Shown here piece by piece: positions 38,467-48,313 of a DNA stretch of 64,000 nt; position 1 is the stretch's first letter; every line of letters starts with the position of its first letter. Under the pieces are notes generated by a model. It was not told the DNA's origin. It ran no database searches and worked only from the letters and a program-made list of their open reading frames with translations. Where the stretch lies: the NCBI GenBank assembly GCA_963669175.1, contig OY769902.1, positions 960,001 through 1,024,000 on the forward strand, given 5' to 3'. The stretch comes from a bacterium. Lineage in GTDB: Bacteria; Electryoneota; Electryoneia; Electryoneales; Electryoneaceae. Position numbers and translations under genes: made by a program.

Positions 38467-40714
38467 TAAACCTGAATCGGGGAAACAGTCGCCTCTGATC
38501 GTGTCCCTTGTGATCGGACTGGCTTCAGCGCTGATCTTGTTCAGCGCCGGTTGCGAGTATTACCCGAAGGATTCCAAGGCATATCCAATACAGTACGAGG
38601 AACTGGCGCATGGACTGAACGCGTATGTACAACCGCCGAAGTTGATTTTCCTCGGCGATACACTGGGTTATAAAGTTGTTGATTATCAGGAGCCACAGGA
38701 ATCATACCAGTTTTACGCATCCATCAGCGATCCTTTCAACCGTCATGTGTTTGATCAGATGTCCATACGACGATCAGAGCTGTTTGGGGCCACAGGTGAA
38801 ATTAGTTTTCACAACTCGGATGTTTTAGATGGGGATAACGATGGAATTGAAGAAAGCTATTTCTTTCTGAAAACCAGGAATAAGCTGAAGTTTTATCAGA
38901 ATGACCTGCTGGATCGTGAAATCACGCTACTGGATTCAATTTCTTTGCCGGATAGTCTCGCCGATTATCCCTTCGACTCCCTGGTTAGAATATTGCCATG
39001 GCTTCCTGCCCCCGGTATGGCTGATACGGTGAAAGTTTTCTCACGTGACCATTTTTCCGGGTATGTGCCTTTACCTCGCGACTACAAGATCTATTCCGGT
39101 TCGTTTGAAAATACTCCCCTTTGTTCCTTTCAATTCAGTAATCCATTGGCCCGTAATCGGTACTACCTGGACCTGGATGGCGATAGTGAACTGGAATTTC
39201 TTCTTTCTACCTATCAGACATGTAACGGTCGCAAAGTGGATGGATTTACGGATAACAACGGTTACGTCATCTGTGTAAACAGCGATGGTTCATTTCGCTG
39301 GGTGCTGGATACCGGGACACATGGTGGCATGGTGGAAATCGCCTTTCAACCCGGTATACCGGATACACTGTATGTTCTTGATTGCCAGGATACGTTTGGC
39401 GACGGTGAAGAAAAATCTGTGTTCTACAAACTTAACCCTGAGGATGGAACAGTATACGATCAACGAAGTATGCCAGGCCGTTGTTCTATAATTGTCACAA
39501 ACGATAGTTATTCAACGTCTTTTGTGGCGACCGAGTATGACGGAATCGAGACCATTGTGACATTGTTCGATTATAACTTCACCCCCTTGAAACGCACCAG
39601 AGTACCGAAACCACTAATCTTTTTACGGAATTATAATCTTGAAGAACCATTCGGATTGCTATTGTACCTGACAGAGTCACAGTCAGGAACACTATTGATG
39701 GACGCAGATTTGCGAGTTGTGGCCTATTCACCGGTACGCCTGCACAGCAAAAAAATGTCATACGTATCAAAAAGTGGACAGTACATTTTCATGGGCTATC
39801 GAGGGGATGGGCGATATACTACTTACCGCTTGCTTCGTGTCCCCTGGTATCGCTGGTGGACCTGGAGATGGCGTTATCTCCTGCTTGCGGCTCTGGTAGT
39901 TCCGGCGGCAGGGTTCGGAATTTTCATGCTGGTTCGTTATGAGTTGGCGCGTCGTAAACACACCCGGGAACTGATCGATGCCTACACTCGCCTCAACAGT
40001 TCGCATGCCGAATTGCAGGAGCTTCATAGCCAGCTAAACGCTCTGATCGCACGGCAGTACAACACCCAGGAAGAGTTCCGCAGGAAAATGGCGCGTGATC
40101 TTCATGACAACATGGGCGGTCACTGGTCGGCTGTAAAGCATATGGTGGAAGCGATTATTTTACAGTTGAAAAGCCAGGATTCGGGCCTGAAAACAGGACT
40201 AATGAACCTTATCTATACCGTGGAAGAAGGCGCTGACAAGACACGCCAGGTTTCCTATGACCTGTTGCCGCCGTTGATCGACGAACTTGGACTTGTGCCA
40301 GCTCTTGATGACTACCTGAAACGCTATGAGAAGGTCTATGGCATCGAGATTGAAAGAGCGATTGACCTGCAACTGCCACGAAACAACCGTGAACTGGAAA
40401 CTTCCCTGTTCCGGATTGTCCAGGAAGCGCTGACCAATGTTCAGAAATACGCCGGCGTCAACGAGGTGCAGGTCAATGTCTTTGAATACGAGAACAGCCT
40501 TCATGTACAGGTGATCGATGAAGGACGTGGGTTCGATCAGGAAACCAACAGACACAAGTCATCGCTTGGCCTGTTTAACATGCAGCAACGAGTGCTCCCC
40601 TATCATGGGAAGGTGAAGATAAACAGCGCTTTAGGTGAAGGAACGACAATAGAAGTAGTGATTCCAAACATGGAACAATGGAGGTTGAAGCGTGATACAT
40701 GTGATGATAGCTGA
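38444..40714 (+). CDS. Paralogous sensor histidine kinase (HisKA_3/NarX-like)
   Basis: 'FSAGC', 'DLDGDSELEF', 'PWYRWWTWRWRY', 'MARDLHDN', 'IDEGRGF'. ATG at 38444 overlaps the end of the previous gene. Confidence 0.85.
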   Translation: MNIKFHHNKPESGKQSPLIVSLVIGLASALILFSAGCEYYPKDSKAYPIQYEELAHGLNAYVQPPKLIFLGDTLGYKVVDYQEPQESYQFYASISDPFNRHVFDQMSIRRSELFGATGEISFHNSDVLDGDNDGIEESYFFLKTRNKLKFYQNDLLDREITLLDSISLPDSLADYPFDSLVRILPWLPAPGMADTVKVFSRDHFSGYVPLPRDYKIYSGSFENTPLCSFQFSNPLARNRYYLDLDGDSELEFLLSTYQTCNGRKVDGFTDNNGYVICVNSDGSFRWVLDTGTHGGMVEIAFQPGIPDTLYVLDCQDTFGDGEEKSVFYKLNPEDGTVYDQRSMPGRCSIIVTNDSYSTSFVATEYDGIETIVTLFDYNFTPLKRTRVPKPLIFLRNYNLEEPFGLLLYLTESQSGTLLMDADLRVVAYSPVRLHSKKMSYVSKSGQYIFMGYRGDGRYTTYRLLRVPWYRWWTWRWRYLLLAALVVPAAGFGIFMLVRYELARRKHTRELIDAYTRLNSSHAELQELHSQLNALIARQYNTQEEFRRKMARDLHDNMGGHWSAVKHMVEAIILQLKSQDSGLKTGLMNLIYTVEEGADKTRQVSYDLLPPLIDELGLVPALDDYLKRYEKVYGIEIERAIDLQLPRNNRELETSLFRIVQEALTNVQKYAGVNEVQVNVFEYENSLHVQVIDEGRGFDQETNRHKSSLGLFNMQQRVLPYHGKVKINSALGEGTTIEVVIPNMEQWRLKRDTCDDS

Positions 40715-41327
40715 CGATCATGTCCTGGTTCGCCAGGGATATGTCAGCTTGCTGGAACAGGAGAAAGATATCAAGGTGGTTGCCCAGGCTGCGGATACGA
40801 ATGGCGCCTTGGCTATGGTAAAAAAACATCAGGGCGATGTGCTTCTGCTGGACCTGAATATGCCCGGCGCCGGAGGGTTGGCCATACTACCGGTGATTAA
40901 ATCCTTGCCAAACGCTCCCAAGGTAATCGTGGTCTCTTTTGCCAAAAGAGATATCCATTATGATACCGTCATGAAAGCAGGCGCCGACGCCTACCGTGAG
41001 AAGACAGATTATTATAGTGAATTGGTCAAAACCATTCGTGAAGTTCATGCCGGAACTTATGTCCCTGACAGACCCCGTGACACCAAAGATCCCATTGGGT
41101 TGAGTGTCAAAGAATCACAGGTTTTTCAATTGCTTATGAAGGGGAAGAAGCCCAAAGATATCGCAGACTTACTGTGCCGTTCGCAGCCTGTTATCTTCAC
41201 ACACCGTAAGAATGTTCTGAAGAAATTCGGTGTTGAAACCGTTGAAGAACTTATCCTGTCCCCAAAGGCGAAAAAGTATCTGCTGGATGAGGGGAATTAT
41301 AATCCCAATGAACCGGGGGAAGCATAG
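40692..41327 (+). CDS. NarL/LuxR-family response regulator
   Basis: 'MIADDH.LVRQG', 'LLDLNMPG', C-terminal HTH 'LSVKESQV...THRKNVLKKFG'. Confidence 0.9.
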   Translation: MIHVMIADDHVLVRQGYVSLLEQEKDIKVVAQAADTNGALAMVKKHQGDVLLLDLNMPGAGGLAILPVIKSLPNAPKVIVVSFAKRDIHYDTVMKAGADAYREKTDYYSELVKTIREVHAGTYVPDRPRDTKDPIGLSVKESQVFQLLMKGKKPKDIADLLCRSQPVIFTHRKNVLKKFGVETVEELILSPKAKKYLLDEGNYNPNEPGEA

Positions 41328-41688
41328 TGTATTTTCTATACATCAGCTGAACATGCTTGCAGGTTTGTTTGCTTCTGAATGCTGCCCTGCCGTTCGCTTG
41401 ACTTGACGAAGCAACAGTGGTCAAAACAGAGTCGCTCCGAGCCCATGCGATTCTGTTTTGACCACTCGCCAGAAACTACTGCCACTGCCTTACCATCAAA
41501 CAAAACAAACAATTGAACATTCACCTCACATGTTGCTTAACAACACTCCCATGCTGCCGACCGTGATTTGATAATAATTACCATTTCCCGCCCTGCCAGA
41601 TCTCGATAGCTTTGCCCACTGTTTCACCAAAGCTTTCTGTCACATATGCGACAAACCATGCTTTGATGTCATCTCTGGGGAGGGGAAG

Positions 41689-44600
41689 ATGTCCACTTTG
41701 TTCCGGTTTTCTGTCTTGGTGATAATGATGCTGCTCTGTGCTTCATTCGCGATCGCTCAACCTGATACTGTCTGGACTGCAACGTATGGTACAGAGGGGA
41801 ATGAAGAAGGATGGAATGTTTTGGAAAAAGATGATGGTGACCTCATCGTAGTAGGAGGTCGCGAATCTAAAATTTATCAGCTATCCAGCACAGGAAACCT
41901 GGAATGGACTATGGAGGATGCCACCGTTTCCTATTATAGGGGTATCTGTGAAAGTCTTGAGGGAGATGGTTTCGTTGTATGCGGTTTCGACTACTCGGGA
42001 ATCTCTTCAATTTGTAAAGTACGAAAGTACCTGTGGGATCAAACCCTGGATTGGGCTGACCAGTATCAACCTTCATCGTGGATGAATAGTACAAAACAGG
42101 TAATGCCGGCAATAAACGGAGGTTATATCGTAAATGGTCACGATTCGAACGCAGCAGCTTATGGTAATGATTGTTTGACCAAGTACAGCGAGACAGGGAA
42201 CCGTGAAGGATACTATCGGCACTTCACGAATGGTCGAAGCGGCAATGCTATTGCCTATTCATCCATTGCAGGCTATTTACTGGTAGGTAATAATAAAATC
42301 AGTAGTGGTGACAACTATAGCCATCAACGGCTTTGGCTGGAACGTCGAGCTGACAATGGTGATGTAATTTGGGAACAATCGCTGGTTCGCGAAACAGCAA
42401 AGAACACCTTATATGGCATTAAACAGTATACTGACAACATCTATTATGTGTGCGGACAAGCGGCGTCGGGAGGCGACGTGGAAGGTTATATCGCACGCCT
42501 TGAAGAAACCCCGGACAGTATGGTTGTCGTTTGGGAATACTATTATCCCAACACTGGTGCTGCCCGGTTTTGGGATATCGACGTTATGCCTGACGGCGGG
42601 TGTGTGGCGGCAGGGTTTCTGACCACAGTCGATAGCGACACGGATGTCGTGGTTGCACGTCTCGACCCCGCGGGCAATCTCATGTGGTCCGACACTTACG
42701 GCGGTGAGAACGACGATGAGATCCGCAAAGTCCAGGTCCTCAGCGATGATGGGATCCTTCTGGTCGGAACAACCGCCTCGTATGGCGCAGGTGGCTACGA
42801 TGCCTGGGTGATTAGACTGGAAGCAGAGAACCAAGACATAGGGTGGACGGAACATACAATCGATGGCTCTTTTGATGGCGCCTACGATGTTTTCGCTGCT
42901 GACGTTGATGGAGATGGTGATCCTGATGTACTTGGTGCGGCCTATAATGAGGATATTACATGGTGGGAGAATAGCGATGGCCTAGGTACGACATGGGTTG
43001 AGCATGTTGTATCGAGTGGGTCGAATGGGGCTCGCGGGGTTTATGTTTCAGATGTCGATGGCGATGGTGATGAGGATATACTCGGAGCTGAAAATACTGA
43101 TAATTCAATTACATGGTGGGAGAACTCGAATAATATCGGAACTTCTTGGATAGAGCACATAGTAGATAATACTCTAAATAATCCAAGCTGCGTATTCGCA
43201 GCAGATGTTGATGGAGATGGTGATGTAGACGTGGTTGGATCTTCTCAAAACGATGACATGGTGTTATGGTGGGAAAATACTATAGGAAATGGGACAACAT
43301 GGATTAGTCATATTGTCGATGATAGTTTTGATTCTCCGTGGAGTATTTACATAATGGATATGGACAACGATGGGAATATAGATATTGTCGGTGCGGGATA
43401 TTCGGCAGATGATATTTGTTGGTGGGAAAATACTAATGGTAATGGTATGAGCTGGTTACAACATGATATTGATAATAATATAGATGGTATATGGAGTACA
43501 TGCGCTAAAGATATTGATGGAGATAGCGACCAAGATGTGTTAGGGGCAGCATTTATTGGTCATATCATTAGCTGGTGGGAAAACACTAACGATGCAGGAA
43601 CAACATGGGTTGAACATCCGGTTGATGAGGAAATGACTTATGCAACTAGTGTTTATTCTATAGACGTCGATAATGATGGTGATAATGATATTATAGGGGC
43701 TTCATGGAGTGATGAAGTAGTCTGGTGGGAGAATACTACCGGAGATGGAACTGTTTGGAATGAACATACCATAGACAGCGGTTTTAATTCTCCCAGTGGA
43801 TTGTTTGCTTCCGATATTGATGGCGATGGCGACATTGATGTTCTTGGTGCAGCCGAACATGGTGATGAAATCGCTTGGTGGGAGAACGACCTCAATCCCA
43901 ACGCCACCGCCCTCACCTGTGAAATTCCTTCCGAGCAATGGACGTTGATCGGCATTCCGGCAGAAGTAACCAACGGTTCCTTTGCTGCTCTGTTTGCGGA
44001 TGACCTGCCCGGTACACCTGGTCGAGATTTCCGGATCAGTTACTGGAATGAAGCAAACAATACGTACATCCGTTACGGTGAAGCTGATCATCCTGTCGAT
44101 TTGGGACAAAATCCTCCATCGTTTGCACCCGGAATCGGGGTGTGGATATATCAGAACCTTGGTTATACGGCTACTCTTGACATCACTGCCGCCCAACTTG
44201 CAGGCGCTACCAACGAAGGCGCTTCATGCCTTGTACCGCTGGCCCAGGGGGATGGCGCACGCACCATGATCGCCAATCCCTTCAACTACATCTCAGATTG
44301 GCGACGCATGCGGATCTACGATTCTGCCAATGATCAACGCTTCTCCATCTTCGCCGCTGCACAAGATAGCAGAATGAATTCGTATGCCTACACGTACGAT
44401 GGCGTAAACGAGCAATGGGAGCAGGTGAACTGCTACGGCACTTCGAATGTCACCCTGGATACCTGGGAAGGCTTCTTCGTTGTTCAAACCGATGCCACAA
44501 ACAGTTACCAGCTTGAAATGATGCCAGCCAACCTGCTGTGTGGTGATCCTGAAGGCGCGGATTTTGAACTGGATGAACCCGGCGAGTTTACGTTGCCACT

Positions 44601-45327
44601 GGTCGTTCGAACTTCGGACGATATCCGCAGGGACACCCACAACGCCTTAGGTATTCATTCTTTTGCAGATGATCAGTATGATGGCTTGGACGCATTTGAG
44701 TTCACACCACGTTCCCCGGAGTTTGTCCAGCTCTATTTCGATCACAATGATTGGAACCACCTGCCGGATGTTTACACCTACGACTACCGCAGCGCCGACT
44801 TCAGCGGCGGATCGAAGACTTGGTATTTCACCGTGCGAACGTGGCAGTTGCCGGGCGAAGAGCTGGAACTGATCTGGCCGGGAGTTGAGGATGTGGATGA
44901 CGCTTATGAGCTGCTGCTATACACCCCGGACAACACCGAGATCGATCTTCGAACAGCAGATAGTTACAACTTCACCAGTGAGAACGAAGCGGACAGCCGT
45001 CAGGATTTCATGATCGTCTGCCGGTTCGCGGGGAACGATGTGGCGGAAACAGAAGCGATGCCAGTAAACTTCGGCATCCACGACCTCTATCCGAATCCGT
45101 TCAACGATCAGGTCCGCATCAGCTATGGTCTTCCGGAAGCTGGCGATGTGAAGCTGACCGTGTTCAATATCCTGGGGCAACAGGTGGCGCGACTGGCAGA
45201 GGGCAACCGTACCGCGGGATTGCATCACACCCAGTGGCATGCGAAGAACATGGCCAGCGGGGTGTACCTGGTGAAGCTGGAAGTGCAAGGGCGGAGCAGT
45301 ATCCGCAAGGTACAGTTATTACGTTAG
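41689..45327 (+). CDS. Secreted FG-GAP/VCBS-repeat protein with T9SS-type CTD
   Basis: Signal peptide; seven ~50-aa repeats 'W.EH.(I/V)D...D.DGDGD.D..GA...WWEN'; C-terminal 'LYPNPFN...SGVYLVKL'. Confidence 0.85.
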   Translation: MSTLFRFSVLVIMMLLCASFAIAQPDTVWTATYGTEGNEEGWNVLEKDDGDLIVVGGRESKIYQLSSTGNLEWTMEDATVSYYRGICESLEGDGFVVCGFDYSGISSICKVRKYLWDQTLDWADQYQPSSWMNSTKQVMPAINGGYIVNGHDSNAAAYGNDCLTKYSETGNREGYYRHFTNGRSGNAIAYSSIAGYLLVGNNKISSGDNYSHQRLWLERRADNGDVIWEQSLVRETAKNTLYGIKQYTDNIYYVCGQAASGGDVEGYIARLEETPDSMVVVWEYYYPNTGAARFWDIDVMPDGGCVAAGFLTTVDSDTDVVVARLDPAGNLMWSDTYGGENDDEIRKVQVLSDDGILLVGTTASYGAGGYDAWVIRLEAENQDIGWTEHTIDGSFDGAYDVFAADVDGDGDPDVLGAAYNEDITWWENSDGLGTTWVEHVVSSGSNGARGVYVSDVDGDGDEDILGAENTDNSITWWENSNNIGTSWIEHIVDNTLNNPSCVFAADVDGDGDVDVVGSSQNDDMVLWWENTIGNGTTWISHIVDDSFDSPWSIYIMDMDNDGNIDIVGAGYSADDICWWENTNGNGMSWLQHDIDNNIDGIWSTCAKDIDGDSDQDVLGAAFIGHIISWWENTNDAGTTWVEHPVDEEMTYATSVYSIDVDNDGDNDIIGASWSDEVVWWENTTGDGTVWNEHTIDSGFNSPSGLFASDIDGDGDIDVLGAAEHGDEIAWWENDLNPNATALTCEIPSEQWTLIGIPAEVTNGSFAALFADDLPGTPGRDFRISYWNEANNTYIRYGEADHPVDLGQNPPSFAPGIGVWIYQNLGYTATLDITAAQLAGATNEGASCLVPLAQGDGARTMIANPFNYISDWRRMRIYDSANDQRFSIFAAAQDSRMNSYAYTYDGVNEQWEQVNCYGTSNVTLDTWEGFFVVQTDATNSYQLEMMPANLLCGDPEGADFELDEPGEFTLPLVVRTSDDIRRDTHNALGIHSFADDQYDGLDAFEFTPRSPEFVQLYFDHNDWNHLPDVYTYDYRSADFSGGSKTWYFTVRTWQLPGEELELIWPGVEDVDDAYELLLYTPDNTEIDLRTADSYNFTSENEADSRQDFMIVCRFAGNDVAETEAMPVNFGIHDLYPNPFNDQVRISYGLPEAGDVKLTVFNILGQQVARLAEGNRTAGLHHTQWHAKNMASGVYLVKLEVQGRSSIRKVQLLR

Positions 45328-45456
45328 CCTGGATATTTCACAACTGGCGCTTCAAATAATGATCCCTGATGGAAAGGCCAAGACAAGAACCTCGGTAGTG
45401 GTTTCCTTTTCAGAGGCGAAGAGGTTTCTGTGACCGAAAAGAGAAGCACAAAACGT

Positions 45457-45557
45457 AAAAAGGGTCACGACGCATTCGCCGTAACCCTTTAAAAACCGTG
45501 TGCCGGGGGATGATTGGGACTCCTCCTCACGAGGGGTGAACCTCGGCGGATTTTGAG
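45457..45557 (-). repeat. Displaced 3' copy of tRNA-Leu plus downstream hairpin (att-like)
   Basis: 33 bp are identical to the tRNA (45525-45557 = 47919-47951). Acceptor end TGCCGGGGGA is kept, the T-arm is scrambled, and the hairpin 45457-45492 matches 47855-47889. Confidence 0.88.
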
Positions 45558-47854
45558 CGGCTTTTATCTGATAATTCACAACACATTACAATTCGTAACC
45601 GCTTGGTTTACTGGTCTTTATGTCGCACCCTGCTGTTGCTCCCGGAGGCACACTTTTGCCCGTTTTTGCCGCCGAGTGTGCCATGAGTGTGCCACGGGTT
45701 GAAAGCTCTTTATTCAGATATTAGATTTCATATCCACAATCGAGGTTTTGCATGAGTATCGATGGATTTAAGAAGAAACTTGATGGCTATATAGATAAAA
45801 TAATTAACTCCTTAAAAACTGTAAATCCCATTGCAATAGTGAATATATTAAATATTAACACCATAAGAGCTATTAACAACGCAGAATATTACAGTATTAT
45901 GGTAGATGCATATCCTAAAAAGTTTCATTATTTGAAATCACTAGTGCTTGGTCGTGGATATAATCCTAGTATGATTGATCAAAATAATTTACCAGATGTA
46001 GACATACTAATAAAAGCTATAGATTATATATATATTAGATATTTAGAAGAATTAACAACAATTAATGAAGACAAAAAAGATGATAATAATCTTGATGATT
46101 TATTTGAAACAGAATATATACTATCATTGCTTCAAGTTGAATTAGGAGATACTGATCAATATGATACTAGAATGAATGAATTTAATCATATGATAAATGA
46201 AATTCTAATAGAAAAATATTTTATAAATTACGACGATATATATAATATATCTAATTATTTAAGAAATTACTTTAGAAATAATATGATAAAATACAGAAAA
46301 GAATTAAAAGAAAAATATGGTCCATTTATAGAAAACAGAAAGATTTATGATCAAGGAATAATAACAAATGCCGAATATAAATTAAGAGTTAAGGAATTAG
46401 GGAATGAAAGAGATGTAGTAAAATATTTAGATAAAATGCTTCTTAATATAAGCATGATAGATATAGAAATATTATATAAAAAATACGATAAAAACATAAT
46501 CAATTGCTATTTAAATTTATTTACCATCAATTTAGAAGATATGGGAGAATTATGTTACTATCCATCGGATAGTAACAAATTAGATATATTTCCATTAGTA
46601 AAAATGAATGATGATAAAATTATAATAGTAGACATACCGTATATGACCATGAGAATACATGATAATATACATTATAGATTAAGTAAAAGTGATTCTAGGA
46701 CAAGAGAAAAATATCATAAAAGAAAAGCGTTATTTACTGAAAATAAAGCAAAAGAAATATTTAGACGATACTATGAGGAAGAAGAAATATATACGAATAT
46801 TTATTATAATAATAAAAAGGGTAATCTTTGTGAAGCAGATATGTTAATAATAAGTACAAATATTATAATAATAGTGGAAAGTAAATCACATGACATGAAG
46901 GAAATGATACATGTTGGAGCAAACATAAATGCTATAAAAAATGATTTTAAAAAGGGAATAAAAAAAGCATATAAACAAGGAATAAGGTTAAAAAAAGAAA
47001 TAGAAAGCGATAGAAACATAGAAATAAAAGATAGAAAAGGTAATATAATACTAAAAAACGATGATATAAAGAATAAAAAAATAATTATAATGGTTGTTAC
47101 TTATAAATCATATAGGGCAATAGCAACAAACATAAATGAAATATTAGAGATAGAAGGGGAAGAATATCCAATAGTGGTAGGTTTAATGGAGCTAGATAAA
47201 TATAGTATTGCATTAAAAACAAGAAAAGATCTAGAAGGGTACTTGAAAGAGAGAGATAAGGTGTATGGAAAGTTAATAGCACATGATGAATTGGAATATG
47301 TGGGATATTATGCAGAGAATAAAGGGTTGGATATTCCAGAGAAAAGAGAAAAAACATTGTTAGATCCACACTGGTCAGATATGTTTGATGACGAATTTAA
47401 AGAAAAACATAATATTGGCGATAAAAGCGTGGGAAAAAAGAAGAAAGGGAGTGAAAGAAATAAACCATGTAAGTGTGGTAGTGGAAAGAAATATAAGCGG
47501 TGTTGTGGAAAGTAATGTGTAAAGGTAACCTGGAGCTCGCAGTGTAGATCCAGGTTAGCGGAGCGGGCCTTGACAGTAACTCCTGCAATATATTGCCACA
47601 ACAGGCAAAAAGAAAACGGGTTATCTGTTCAACCCGTATTTCTTTTTAGCCCTTACAAACCAACATCGTTTGCCGTTCAAGCTAGACGTCAACAGCATCC
47701 CAACCAGGTAACCGAACAGATCGACCCGGTTCCCTAGGACTGCTGTCACGCTTTTTCTCCTCCAGCAAGTATTCCAGGATATCCAGGATAACCAGGGAGG
47801 CACTTGTTTTACCATTGTCGGGTGATGAGTGTACTTGGCATCATCAGGCAAAGA
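45558..47854. mobile_element. Integrase-less mini genomic island integrated at tRNA-Leu
   Basis: Bounded by the tRNA 3' duplication, carries a very AT-rich cargo gene, and has repeated GAGTGTGCCA motifs near the distal end (about 45674-45694). Confidence 0.75.
45752..47515 (+). CDS. Hypothetical protein with NERD/PD-(D/E)xK-like nuclease motif and C-terminal SEC-C motif
   Basis: 'FTE...EADMLI.....IIIVESKS...KAYKQ' and 'RNKPCKCGSGKKYKRCCGK'; strongly AT-rich. Confidence 0.7.
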   Translation: MSIDGFKKKLDGYIDKIINSLKTVNPIAIVNILNINTIRAINNAEYYSIMVDAYPKKFHYLKSLVLGRGYNPSMIDQNNLPDVDILIKAIDYIYIRYLEELTTINEDKKDDNNLDDLFETEYILSLLQVELGDTDQYDTRMNEFNHMINEILIEKYFINYDDIYNISNYLRNYFRNNMIKYRKELKEKYGPFIENRKIYDQGIITNAEYKLRVKELGNERDVVKYLDKMLLNISMIDIEILYKKYDKNIINCYLNLFTINLEDMGELCYYPSDSNKLDIFPLVKMNDDKIIIVDIPYMTMRIHDNIHYRLSKSDSRTREKYHKRKALFTENKAKEIFRRYYEEEEIYTNIYYNNKKGNLCEADMLIISTNIIIIVESKSHDMKEMIHVGANINAIKNDFKKGIKKAYKQGIRLKKEIESDRNIEIKDRKGNIILKNDDIKNKKIIIMVVTYKSYRAIATNINEILEIEGEEYPIVVGLMELDKYSIALKTRKDLEGYLKERDKVYGKLIAHDELEYVGYYAENKGLDIPEKREKTLLDPHWSDMFDDEFKEKHNIGDKSVGKKKKGSERNKPCKCGSGKKYKRCCGK

Positions 47855-47897
47855 AAAAGGGTCACGGCGTGTTTGCCGTAACCCTTTAAGAAACAAG

Positions 47898-47983
47898 TGC
47901 CGGGGGAGGGACTCGAACCCTCACGAGGGGTGAACCTCGGCGGATTTTGAGTCCGCTGCGTCTGCCAATTCCGCCACCCCGGC
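47898..47983 (-). tRNA. tRNA-Leu (anticodon CAA), long variable arm, CCA not encoded
   Basis: rc GCCGGGGTGGCGGAATTGGCAGACGCAGCGGACTCAAAATCCGCCGAGGTTCACCCCTCGTGAGGGTTCGAGTCCCTCCCCCGGCA. Confidence 0.97.
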
Positions 47984-48313
47984 GTATACATAAAACTGTG
48001 TAAAAAGAACTTCTTCTACAGCATCTCCCCTGTGTGATGCCGTAGACTGTCCAACCTGTGATGATATCCCAAGATACAACGACAGCACCCCTGCCGGACA
48101 GGAAAGCACAATATAGTGTCCGAAAGTGGTGCGCTCAAGCGTTTTTACGTCAGGCTCGGGAGGACACGAAAAAAGTCTTATCAAGAAAGGCTTTCAAGGA
48201 AACTTCTGCAATTCTTGTGTCCTGTTCCTTGTTGCCTGTGTGATACTGCCTTAGTTTACAACATCGTTATGAATTCCCCGATAAAGGACATCTTTGGAAG
48301 GAGAGCAGTGGTG

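Noticed and set aside
45501-45557. Second functional tRNA-Leu
   Set aside because: Lacks the 5' half and has a scrambled T-arm; interpreted as an att remnant.
47526-47560. TAACCTGGA...TCCAGGTTAG hairpin as an integron attC site
   Set aside because: Only about 35 bp, shorter than canonical attC sites, with no L boxes, no second cassette and no integrase.
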